A stretch of DNA of 64,000 nucleotides from Caecitellus pseudoparvulus (Eukaryota > Protista > Bigyra: Bicosoecida): NCBI GenBank assembly GCA_965644315.1, contig CBFFRQ010000069.1, positions 1,240,001 through 1,304,000 of the forward strand, given 5' to 3'. The notes beneath the pieces were generated by a model. It saw nothing but the letters and a program-made list of their open reading frames with translations. It was not told the DNA's origin and searched no databases. How positions within the stretch are numbered: the stretch's first letter is position 1; each line of letters begins with the position of its first letter. This document shows positions 1-9,900 of the stretch, one piece after another. Made by a program: the position numbers and the translations under genes.

Positions 1-114
1 GACCCAATCACACCCATGGCATGTGTGAAGCACACGCATCGTCGAGCAAGCACCCCGTTCGCAATGATTGGCACATCCCCCATAAAGCCGGACCCAGAAC
101 TCGAAAGCAAAGAT

Positions 115-2256
115 ATGGCGCCAGCTGTGAAAGTGGCCCCGCAGAGAGCGCAGGCGCTGCTTGAGGCACTGATGTCCCAGGCGGCAGACTTGCGAGGCAG
201 CATGTTCAATCACCCAAAGTGGCTTCCGGGGCAAGAGCAGGCAGTTTCTGCAGCTCTGCTTCACAAGGACATCGTCCTCAGCATAGCACCCGGTGGTGGA
301 GGAATGCTTCCAGTCTTCCTTGCCTCCCTGGTGCAGTCAGGGGTCACTGTTGTGGTTGGAGTAGATGAGCTGCGTATGCAGGTGTATGCCCATGATTTGC
401 GACACCGGGGTGTGCGCGCCAGAGTCCTAGCCTCAGGGGAGAGCCCAGAAGAGGTGAAATCAATCAAGTCAGGGCTGTGTCCGTCTGGCGAGGCAGCAGC
501 CTCATGCCAGCTGGCGTTGCTATTCGTGTCTGCCCACAAAGTTATGCGTGGACGGTGGCTTCAGAGCGCATTGGCAAAGCTGGCACTGGCCGGGCAGCTC
601 CAACGGTTTGTCATTCTAGATGCACAGAGAGGAAGCCCACTATGTCCTTCCTTCCGCCGTGATGTGCGATCACTTTCAGCACTGCGGCAGGTTTTCCCAG
701 GGGTCCCGGTCACCTGCTGCACCACAAACAGCCAGCCAGCCCTTCACCGCGACGTCGTAAGCATCATGGCCATGACTTCGCCTGAGATTGTGTGCGCCCC
801 TTGCACACTGCACAAAGCGACACTGCGCGTGGCTGCGCGCCGTGGCCTGGCCCGAATGGCTGCAGAGGTCGCCAAGCTTCACTGCAGGGCCACTGAGTGC
901 CTTCCCGGACAGGCCATTCGTGGAGTAGTCTTCTGCAAGTCCGGCAAGGAAGCTGAGCGTCTGAAGGCTGAGCTTGTCAAGTGTGCACCTTCGCATGTGC
1001 CTGCCCTGCTTGCGCTGCCTGACGCTGGCATCAAGCAGCTGGGCACTCTTCAGGAATGGGCGAGCGCAGGCAGCTCCATCATTCTGACAGTTTCAGGGAC
1101 AAGCCTTCCACTGAGTCGCGCACAGGTTCAATTCGCTGTGCACACAAGTGTGCCACGGTTTCCGGACACACTTCTTCGTGATGTTGGACGAGTTCATGCT
1201 GGGGGCGGCCATGTGCTGCACGTCCTGCTGCACAACCCAGGGGACTTGCCCGAAGTGGAGAGCGAGAGCGGCGGAACGGTGCCATTGGGCCTTTCTGCTG
1301 ATGAAGCTGCCGCCTATCGGGAGCTCATGATGCAACACCAGAGAAGCCTCCGAGGCGCTCTTCAAACCATGCGCACTTTTGCTGAAGATGACAGCTTGTG
1401 CAGAAAGCAGTACCTGCTACAAGCGTACTGCGATGAATCCCCCGCACTCCCTGGACCCCCGGAGCTCTGCTGTGATACTTGCGCCCACCAGGTGGCCTGT
1501 GAGGGCAGTGAACAGGGCACTGTGGCTCAACGTGCTGGAGTGCGACAGCTTCAGGAACTGAGTGTGGGTCCAGCCTGTATCGCTGCCATGCAGACACTGC
1601 GCGAGTCCCAGTCGCCACCCACGCTCGTGCAGCTAGCAGAGGTCCTGTCTGGGCAGACTGAGGTAGCCCTGACCAAGAGCCAAGCCCGAGCATGCATTGC
1701 ACTCATGGCGCGGTGTGGGCGGCTTCGCTTACTTGCAGCTGGAGGCGTGACAGGGGTAGCGGCCAGCCCCCGCGTATTCTTGGCCGAGGAAGTGAAGCAA
1801 GCGGACAGCGAAGCGAGTGAGCCAAGCACCTTGCCTGCAACCATGGCGTGGCGGAGGCGTGCCCCCTTGAAGCCGTACAGCTGGGGGGTGGAGCAGCCGG
1901 AGGCTAGGCCTGCTGCGCTTGCCGATGCACCTTGTGACGCGGCGGCCACCGTCGCTTCTGCTCCTGTTGCAGCGCCTTGGGCTGTCTCTCTCACCCGCCT
2001 GGTAAATGGCCAGCCCGCCCTCCCAGCTGCAGGCACGAGCAGCGAAAGATGTGAAGCAGCCACTCAGCAGGTGCTGACATCGTCAAAGCAGGCAAACGGG
2101 GCAGCCAGCACCGCCAGCGCTGTTGCAGCGAAGCAAAACACGAGAGCCAGGGTCAAGGCACAAGAAAGAAGGGCGGCTCAAAAGCTGCTGCAGGCGCAAA
2201 AGGCTCGCATGAAGAATGGCAGCAGCATTTTGTCATTCTTCTCCGCGGTGGAGTGA
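115..2256 (+). CDS. RecQ-family (RECQ1-like) helicase homologue with degenerate catalytic motifs (probable pseudo-helicase)
   Basis: RecQ layout is present: Q-motif-like 'WLPGQEQAV', motif I position 'APGGGGML', 'LQRFVILDAQR', 'SFRRDVRSL..LRQVFPGVPV', 'GVVFCKS..EAERL', and RQC Zn cluster 'CRKQYLL...CCDTC' followed by a winged-helix-like segment. ORF 16..2256; ATG 115 is the preferred start. Confidence 0.8.
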   Translation: MAPAVKVAPQRAQALLEALMSQAADLRGSMFNHPKWLPGQEQAVSAALLHKDIVLSIAPGGGGMLPVFLASLVQSGVTVVVGVDELRMQVYAHDLRHRGVRARVLASGESPEEVKSIKSGLCPSGEAAASCQLALLFVSAHKVMRGRWLQSALAKLALAGQLQRFVILDAQRGSPLCPSFRRDVRSLSALRQVFPGVPVTCCTTNSQPALHRDVVSIMAMTSPEIVCAPCTLHKATLRVAARRGLARMAAEVAKLHCRATECLPGQAIRGVVFCKSGKEAERLKAELVKCAPSHVPALLALPDAGIKQLGTLQEWASAGSSIILTVSGTSLPLSRAQVQFAVHTSVPRFPDTLLRDVGRVHAGGGHVLHVLLHNPGDLPEVESESGGTVPLGLSADEAAAYRELMMQHQRSLRGALQTMRTFAEDDSLCRKQYLLQAYCDESPALPGPPELCCDTCAHQVACEGSEQGTVAQRAGVRQLQELSVGPACIAAMQTLRESQSPPTLVQLAEVLSGQTEVALTKSQARACIALMARCGRLRLLAAGGVTGVAASPRVFLAEEVKQADSEASEPSTLPATMAWRRRAPLKPYSWGVEQPEARPAALADAPCDAAATVASAPVAAPWAVSLTRLVNGQPALPAAGTSSERCEAATQQVLTSSKQANGAASTASAVAAKQNTRARVKAQERRAAQKLLQAQKARMKNGSSILSFFSAVE

Positions 2257-3826
2257 CGCTGCAGTTTCCTCATCCACTTTGCGGGTGCGCTTGCGTCTCA
2301 CGTACTTCCCGGAGCCGTCAAACGAAAGCTCCATCAGCCGCTTGACCTGCATGGCCGCCCCTTCTCCATCGCTGGTCTCCTCCATTGACAAGAGGATCGT
2401 GTACTTCAAATCTGTGGCCCCAGATGGGGCATCGGCTGGAGCATTCTTGCGATCCATGACAAACCGTCGCAGCACTGCTGCGTCTGCGCCAGAAATGTGG
2501 GTGGCTTCAGCCATAATGTTTGCCAAGAACTGTTCACGCTTGGCAACGGAGGGATCTTCGGCGCCAGATGGCGCAGGTGCTTGTGCGTGTGGTTCCCGGG
2601 CACGCTTGTGTCCCCCCACTCCCCCCGCCCGGGCAGCGGAAGAGAGCGCTGCCAGCGACTTTCCCTTGCGGAGGCGCGATGCAGCCTGCTTTTCTTTGGG
2701 CTGGGCTCGTTTGCGCTCGGCTTCTTTTTGTTTTTTCTCCTCGATGGCCTTGATCTCTGCCTTCACTGCCTCCTCCCGCTGCTTGAACAGGGCGCTCCAG
2801 TGCGAAATCTCAGTTGGCGCTGATTGATGACCAGGGTCAGGTGCTCCGACACTTGCATCAAGAAGGGAATCTAACTCATCCAAGTGGCTCAAATGGATCG
2901 ACAAGTGAGTTCCACCCTTCCCAGAAAGTCGGTAACCCGGCTGAAAGTGACCAGGAGGGCTGGCCAGTGCTGGGTCCGGCAGAGATGCGAGGAAGCTCCG
3001 CAGGTCTTGCTTGCCGCGCTCCTCAGCAGGGAGCGCCTCGACTCGACTGTCTACGAATTCAGAGCTATGCCCCCCCACTTGCTGCTTGCTGGGGCAGCCC
3101 AGATTTCCAGGGGCCACAAGGTGAGTGTAGCTTGAAGCTCGGTGGCTGGTGTACGGAGCTGGCGACTCGTCGCAGGCCTCGCCATCGACCACAGGAAGCT
3201 CCTTGCCTGTTGCCAGTGCTTCAAGAAGCGCCTTCTGTGCGTCTTCTAGAATGGATGAAAATGCAACCCCATCTGTGCAGGCGCTTAGAAGGAAGCAACG
3301 GTTCAACCGAGCTCGGCGCTTGAGGTGTGGGGTTCCACGTACATGCGGCTGCCATTTCGGCCACGAGCCCATCCAGTCGCGCATCTAAAGGTCCACACAG
3401 ATCCTTGTTTTCATGCTCGTCGATGGCTGGGCACAAGCGCACCACAAGCCCAGCTGTGATGGGCAGCCACTGCAGGTGAGGGAGGCCAGAGCGAGAGCCA
3501 GCCGGCTGCTGAGCGACGACGTGCACATCCCTTGCCAGCTGGAGACAGTCCATGAGCACCTGTTGGTTTTCATCATACCATCTTCGTGGCTTGCAAGCCA
3601 GCATGAACAACGCGTTTGCCTGGGTGTTGGACAGCGGGAGTTGAACAGCGCTGCACATGCCAAGAGGACTGTGTGCCTGCTCACGCACCAGGTTCCAGAC
3701 TTCGAAGTCATGCTGCACATCGGCAGCTGACTGGAGTGCTGCATGGACATGTGAAATATCGACATCAGCGAAGCGATGAGGCGTGAACCCGCCAGACATG
3801 CGCTCAGGAAGGGAGGGCTTGTCCAT
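2233..3826 (-). CDS. NELFA: Negative elongation factor A (NELF-A/WHSC2)-like protein; exons 3826-3689, 3619-3343, 3272-2233
   Basis: A GT-AG intron at 3273-3342 joins ORFs 3221..3826 and 2233..3384 in frame; a probable 3n intron lies at 3620-3688. N-terminal 'KPRRWYDENQQVLMDCLQLA...W' and C-terminal 'ATHISGADAAVLRRFV...YTILLS.E...LMELSFDGSGKYVRRKR' resemble the two conserved NELF-A regions as recalled. Confidence 0.7.
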
Positions 3827-4010
3827 GGTCCCGCGGGTTTCGCCAGCGTTTCACTATGTGCCTGCCGGCAGATAAACAAGTCCTGCAAATGAGTCACACG
3901 GCGCAAAACAAGTGCCTACAAGGCGCATACAAATCTTGTGAAAGGATGCATGTGCCTTTGGATTGTGATCGACTTTCACCGGCTGCTAAATTCAACGGAG
4001 GGTTTGAGCG

Positions 4011-6719
4011 ATGGCAGCTGCTTCGCGGCTGCACGCAGCAGTGCAAGAGGACTGCAAGGCCCACACAGACTCTGCGGCAGCCAGCAGAGCATCCAAGCAT
4101 GCACTGGGCTTGCAGCTGTACAGAGATGGCAGGCGACGCATGCAGCGCCTGCTCCGGGAGGTTATCGCAGAGTGTGAGCGAGCCACAACGGCTTGTGGCT
4201 CGCTGGCAGCAGCGGCTGCGAGGCAAGCTCTCCAAGACGTTGCGGGCAAGCTCAGGAGGGAGCGGGCCTGGAGAGAGGAACTCACAAGAAGCCATGTTCA
4301 TGGCACTCCTTTCCTGCAAACGAAAGTCGTGAGGCCTAGAGGACAGCAGGAGCTGAGGCAGGTGTTGCCTGCCGTCTTACGTGACGACCCAACGGTCAAG
4401 CATGCCGCCTCAACTTCTCTGGCAGGCCGCTCAGCCGGATTTCGTGTGATGGCTGCATGTGTTGCAAAGTGCAGAGCGCCGCTGCCCATGCGGGCAGAGT
4501 GTGCTTCTTCGGCAAGGCAGCTCGTGCGAGGCATGTTGCGTGGGGCTGGTGAAGGTCCGCCGCAAGCCAGGCTCCCAGCAGCGACGCTGCTGCTACACCC
4601 CCAGCCACTCGAGCACATACTTTGTGAAAGTGTTGCTGAGGTTGCCCATGGTGGGCAGGTCGGTCGCGCAGAGCGGTGGCCAGCCGGCCTGCGGCTAGCA
4701 GCGACACGACTGTTCGTTGCTACCTGCCCAGTAGCGGTGCACCCTGCGTTTGCACAAGCAAGCGTGGAGACTCTGATGAAGCTAGACCTGCAAGGCGATC
4801 CTTTGGCTCTCACCTCCTCCGCGTGTTCGGTCGCGCAGTACATCTCTGCATGCTACCCTGGCTTACCTGAAAGTGCCACACGTTCAAGCCAGGTGACTTC
4901 GTGGGAGGTGAGACACTGCCGGCGGATGAGAGCCGATGGCGCTGAAGAACCAGTGGCAGGGGCTGATTTTGCTGGAGAACTGCCTGCTGTGGCGGTTACC
5001 GCAGCAGGTTGCTTTGCCCCAGCCCAGCTGCTGGCCCTCCTCGCCCATGTTGACTCAGTCCGCTTGCTTGCGACGAGCCTTCGAAGTCCGGTGGGAACGC
5101 TGCCCAGAATGTGGGCGACAGGTATACTGCAGTGGTTTGGAACGGAAGGTATCGAATGGGCGACTGTGCAGGCTTTGTTTGTGGCTGTCACCGCGCCTGG
5201 GCATGGAACAGTCTTGGCTCCTTTGTCTTCAGCTGGCGTGCTTGCGCTGCTACAGCACTACTTTCCAGGGGCCTGGCAGGCAGCGAAAGAAACCGGATGC
5301 TCTGCATTCCTCGGACCCAGCCAGCCTTTGGACTTGTCCAGTTCCCTGCACGTCTGGCTCCCCTTTTCCCAGTACCCCCAGCTTGCAGCTGCCTTGCAAG
5401 CAGGAAGTCAAGCTGACACAGCAGGCGCCCCCCCTCCTGACCTGCCTTGCACCCTCACCACAGCCCAACCAGTATCCGCAGCTTCACAGGGAATAGTCCT
5501 CGTTGTGGACAAGTGTGATTCAGTTGACCCAGGTTTGTTTGAGTGGCCTGCCTCTGCGATCGCCATGGCCCGCGACGCTGCGGATCCGCTGCGGGCTTGC
5601 GCTAAGGAAGTGCTGCTGCAAGACACAGATACACCTCCTGGGGAGGCAATGAGCAGTGCAGGGGAAAGCGCGCGTGCTTTGATGGATTCCTCTGCCTGCA
5701 TTCCTTGCAGCGGATGCTGGTGGCGAGGGTGTCCAAACGCAGCTCCCGCCTCGCAGCTCACATCGTCACCAGAAGCAGCACTGGCAGATGTCATGGCTAG
5801 CATGCAGCCTGGTGGCGTGCCTCGCCTTGGCGGGCGCCATAGGAGGGTGCTGCTGGCCCTCACTCGCTGCTGCCATGCTTGCCAGTTAAAAGGGTTTGCC
5901 TTGCTGGCACCGACGCTTGGCAAGGCTTCCAGCACTGGGGATGCCTTCACTGAGGTTGCACGACACTTACCGCGGCATGTGCTGTCCAAGCGCGCCCCCG
6001 CTGAAGCGACCCCTGCTGCTGTACTATCCTGGCATGCGTCAGTCGTCCCCGCACATGCAGGGACAGCTCCTCTGCTTCACATCCCCAAAGATTCGTCATG
6101 GCTTGTTCACGAGTTGTTGAGTGCAGGGTTACATGCCACCGTCAGAGCATTCTTCGAACAGCTTGTTCGCTCTGTAGCAGAGCGCGGCGCGCCTGATCCT
6201 CAAGCTGGCCCTTTTGACGCGACTCTTGCTGCAGTCGTCCCCGCTTTCGCCCTACCGCCCCCATCCCTCACATGGCAACCAGGTGTTCCTCTCACTGGTG
6301 CTCCGCAGCTGCTGGCAGGCGTTTCTCTGACCCGCGAGGCTACCAGGGTGGCTTCAAGGGAGCTCGCAGGTCTGCAGGAGCTGCTCCAGGAAGAGCAGGC
6401 AGTCATAAGCGCTCTACAAGAGCTCCAGCGTACGCGGCATTTCCCGTCAAGCGAGCTTGCGAAGTTGCAAGGGATCCGGAAAGGCATAGAGCAGCGCCGC
6501 CAGCAACTGCTGTCCAGGGTTGAAGCAGTGCGGTCAGCGCCAGTGCAAGGACAAGGCGGTCCCGCTGGGGCGTTTCCTCCTATATCTCTTGCCATTGCCG
6601 ATGCACAGCTGGCACAGGTGTCCCTGGAAATCGAGTACGCTCGTGCGAAGGCTGAGGCGCTGAACCAGCTACTGGACCGGATCCAGCGGGCCGGGCCTGG
6701 CAAGCGGAAGCAAGAGTGA
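4011..6719 (+). CDS. Hypothetical protein (902 aa) with a Cys cluster and C-terminal coiled coil
   Basis: Long ATG-initiated ORF, head-to-head with the NELF-A-like gene. Contains 'CSGCWWRGC...CCHAC' and a heptad-rich C-terminus. No family recognised. Confidence 0.7.
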   Translation: MAAASRLHAAVQEDCKAHTDSAAASRASKHALGLQLYRDGRRRMQRLLREVIAECERATTACGSLAAAAARQALQDVAGKLRRERAWREELTRSHVHGTPFLQTKVVRPRGQQELRQVLPAVLRDDPTVKHAASTSLAGRSAGFRVMAACVAKCRAPLPMRAECASSARQLVRGMLRGAGEGPPQARLPAATLLLHPQPLEHILCESVAEVAHGGQVGRAERWPAGLRLAATRLFVATCPVAVHPAFAQASVETLMKLDLQGDPLALTSSACSVAQYISACYPGLPESATRSSQVTSWEVRHCRRMRADGAEEPVAGADFAGELPAVAVTAAGCFAPAQLLALLAHVDSVRLLATSLRSPVGTLPRMWATGILQWFGTEGIEWATVQALFVAVTAPGHGTVLAPLSSAGVLALLQHYFPGAWQAAKETGCSAFLGPSQPLDLSSSLHVWLPFSQYPQLAAALQAGSQADTAGAPPPDLPCTLTTAQPVSAASQGIVLVVDKCDSVDPGLFEWPASAIAMARDAADPLRACAKEVLLQDTDTPPGEAMSSAGESARALMDSSACIPCSGCWWRGCPNAAPASQLTSSPEAALADVMASMQPGGVPRLGGRHRRVLLALTRCCHACQLKGFALLAPTLGKASSTGDAFTEVARHLPRHVLSKRAPAEATPAAVLSWHASVVPAHAGTAPLLHIPKDSSWLVHELLSAGLHATVRAFFEQLVRSVAERGAPDPQAGPFDATLAAVVPAFALPPPSLTWQPGVPLTGAPQLLAGVSLTREATRVASRELAGLQELLQEEQAVISALQELQRTRHFPSSELAKLQGIRKGIEQRRQQLLSRVEAVRSAPVQGQGGPAGAFPPISLAIADAQLAQVSLEIEYARAKAEALNQLLDRIQRAGPGKRKQE

Positions 6720-6950
6720 AGCCCAATGTCACAAAATCCACCGGGCCACATTTCAGTCTGCAGCTTTGCTGCACACTTGTTCTTGGCCCCGTCGTTCGCT
6801 CCGGTGCGAGGGCGTACCTTCTTCCAGTTGGTGCTCGTCGCAGGAGACCACTTGCCTCTGGCTCCGAGGTGGGCTGATGAAGTGCTTCTGGTGGAGCGAG
6901 AAGCGTGGATTTCATTTTACTCACATATAAGCAACGCAGTCTTGGGAAGA

Positions 6951-9900
6951 ATGTGGTTGCTCTGGCGCCGTGGCCTTCGCGCAGCATTGCTGCTGTTGCT
7001 CGCAGCGTTACACCGCCTGTCCCCACAGCTGGCAGTCGGCGCCCCCTTCACTACACACGAACTAGGGCGCACAGATACTGCAAGCAGGCATGCTGGTTCA
7101 TTGTCTGAAAGCACTGTCCTCCTTGAAGGGTTACCGTTCCCGGCTTGGCGAGCGGGAGGCAGTGCGTGCCGTCTGGCGGCGCGTTTCGTACGGAAACTCC
7201 TCGCTGCACACACGCCACGTCGTCCCCCTCGTCACAGACACTGCCATCGAAGCTCGAATCGGTTTCGGGAAAGACCAAGTAGGCTGGTGTCACCTCATCC
7301 CGCGCGGCCCTGTTCCCTTGCCAGCTTGCTCTTTGGACGTCTCCCACGAGTCTGTCCTCTCAATCCAGTCTGGCGGACAGCGCTGCCAAGCACGCCTTGA
7401 CGGGCATGGCCCGAAAGTGAAGAGGTGGGCTTGTACACCACAGCGGCGCGAACTCACGGCGCCGGCAGCACTCCCACTGGCCACCCCCATGTCCAAGTCA
7501 AGCCTGGGGCCAGTGGAGGAGCTGTCGATGCTAGGTTCCGACGTGGCAACTCCCCACATGGACCATTTTGCAGTTCGAATCCGCCATGCAGACCTTCTTG
7601 CAACTGGGCAGCTACCCAGTCAGTGCATTTCGAGCACTTGCACATTCCATGTCTGGTTGCGGCACTGGCTGCCGCTGGATCTGGCAGGTCTCGTACCCAG
7701 TGGCACCCTTAGCTCTCAGTGTGACACGCTGGCCGCCCTCGCACGACTCCCGGGGCCCAGCCCACCGTCTGTGGCCTGCCGTTCGTCCCCTTCCTACCAA
7801 GTTTCTGGGCTTCCTGGGGACCCTCGTGCGATGGTAGGCTTCGTGACCCAGTATTCTGCAGCTTCCCCTTTGTCAGCCATTGTGGACAACCACGCCCTCA
7901 GCATGTTAAGTAAGAATATTAGCTGGCTTCAAAAACAAGTCAGCACTTCTTCTGGAGCAGTGAATACCTTGGCCCCTCGTCTCATCCGCCTGTCTCCAGG
8001 AGATGATGTGGCGTGGGCCGTTTCAGTCACTCTGCCTGCCAGCGCACACGCTGTGCAAGGCGGCTCCCTTTTCGGGTCGGTGGGCATGGAGGTTGCCTTT
8101 GAAGGTAGTGCACCACTTTTGGCAGGCGAAGTCATGGTCTTCACAGACCATAAGGCAAGGCGGGCTCGAGCATCAAGCCCTTCCATCTTGGTAGCTCCTC
8201 ATTCTTTGCTGGGTGTGGACACAGAATCAACTCCAAGCAGAGTTCAGAGTGTCCTGGGTGGCACACGAGCTGCTTGCGTGGAAGTAAGCTTGTCTCACCA
8301 GCCCTTTCCATCTCCTGTGCGTGTCATGCTCGAGCTACCCGCAACCAGGCACGGCGTGCGCTTCTCGGATCAAGTTCCAGGCTTTACGCTGGGCACGACC
8401 CTTTGTGGAAACGGCACGGCCTTGTCAACTGCAGCTGAACGAGTATTCTCATCCATGATGTGGGACAGGCCTCAGCTTGTATGTGCTTGTACAGACACAG
8501 ATGCCAGCGCGGCGAGGCCGTCGACTGACACGTGGCTGCCCCTCTCTGCATCTGCAGCGTCCACTTTGGCTTCTGACCCAGGGTACATCACAACGCGTGA
8601 TGTGTGGGGTTCCGCTGTATCTGCAATTGTCAATGCTTCTGGTCTGCCTGCGCCTTCTGGTGTGGGCTTTCTTCTCGAGGCAGAACTGCCTTGGCGAGTC
8701 GTGGGGCCCACTACTTTTACTCTTGGTGAGCAGCAGCAAGGCATTCAGCACATCACGTACTCTCTTTCCGGAGAGGCCATCTCTGGCTCTCCTGGGGTTT
8801 CTCCCCTGAGCACGTGCAGCGTCGCCCCGCGCTGCTCGACGCCAAGTGCGACGCTGGCGCTGGGGCGCTCCATTCTTGATCCCTCATGGATTGCAGAAAT
8901 GTCAGATTCAAGCACATGGAGCCACGATATCGCCCTGGCTGCTAATGTCTCCATAGGCTCTTCTCTTTGCTTCCTCCATGTCGCTTGTGCCAACACCTCA
9001 TTCGGTGAAGTGCAGCCGCTTAGGATGCAGCTCTTGAAGGCTCAAGCAGCTGTGACCCGGCCCTCTGCAGTGTCAGCAAGGGTCGTCGAGCACACTCCAG
9101 CCATGATCATTCGCTTTAATGTTGCGACGGATTGCTCTGGCGGAGTCATTGGACCACAGGAAGCAGCGCCATGCAACGAACTTGGCGTATTGGCTGACGA
9201 GACACTTGAGGAGCTATCGGCGCGGGTTGACCCGTCAAACGCACTTTGTTTCTGGAGAACTAGCAAGACACTTGTTGTGGATGTTTCAAGGGATGGCGAA
9301 GGCATCACAGCCTTGCAACTGCTCACACATGTCGGTGTGGTACCAGGTTCTGTTTGCCTCGAGGCAAGCCAGCAGCAACAGAGCCGGCACTGCATGCTGG
9401 GGGAGGGTCCCGTGGTGCAAACTTTGCCTTTGCAGCATGCTGCTCCCGTGCCCACTCCCATTTTGGCAGAAACGCGTGCTGAGATGGAATGGGTTGACAT
9501 TTCATGGGCTGGGGTCTCCCATGGAATGATTCCCGACTCAGTGTTCTGGCCAGGAGGTTCTCATTGGGAGCGCTTAAACTCAAGCAATCTACAAGACCTG
9601 CAGTCTGCAATCGGCTTCAGGGGCTCATTCAGAGGCTCTTGCGACGCCATTTTGATGCCCCACTCAGTGAACAGGCTGGGAATCGGTTCCTGGTGTGAGT
9701 GGAGGGATGCTGCCACGTTGCGTGTCCACCTTGGCACCGCTCACAGCCTCATGCCAGTGGGTTTGACATCCAATGATTCACTTACCACGTCGACAAGTGC
9801 TCGGGGGCTCACATTTATGCCTGCCACCGTGCGCATTGGTCATGAAGGAAGTGGGTCGCTGGCACGGGCCTTGCTGTCTGCCCTTGACCCACATCGGTCT

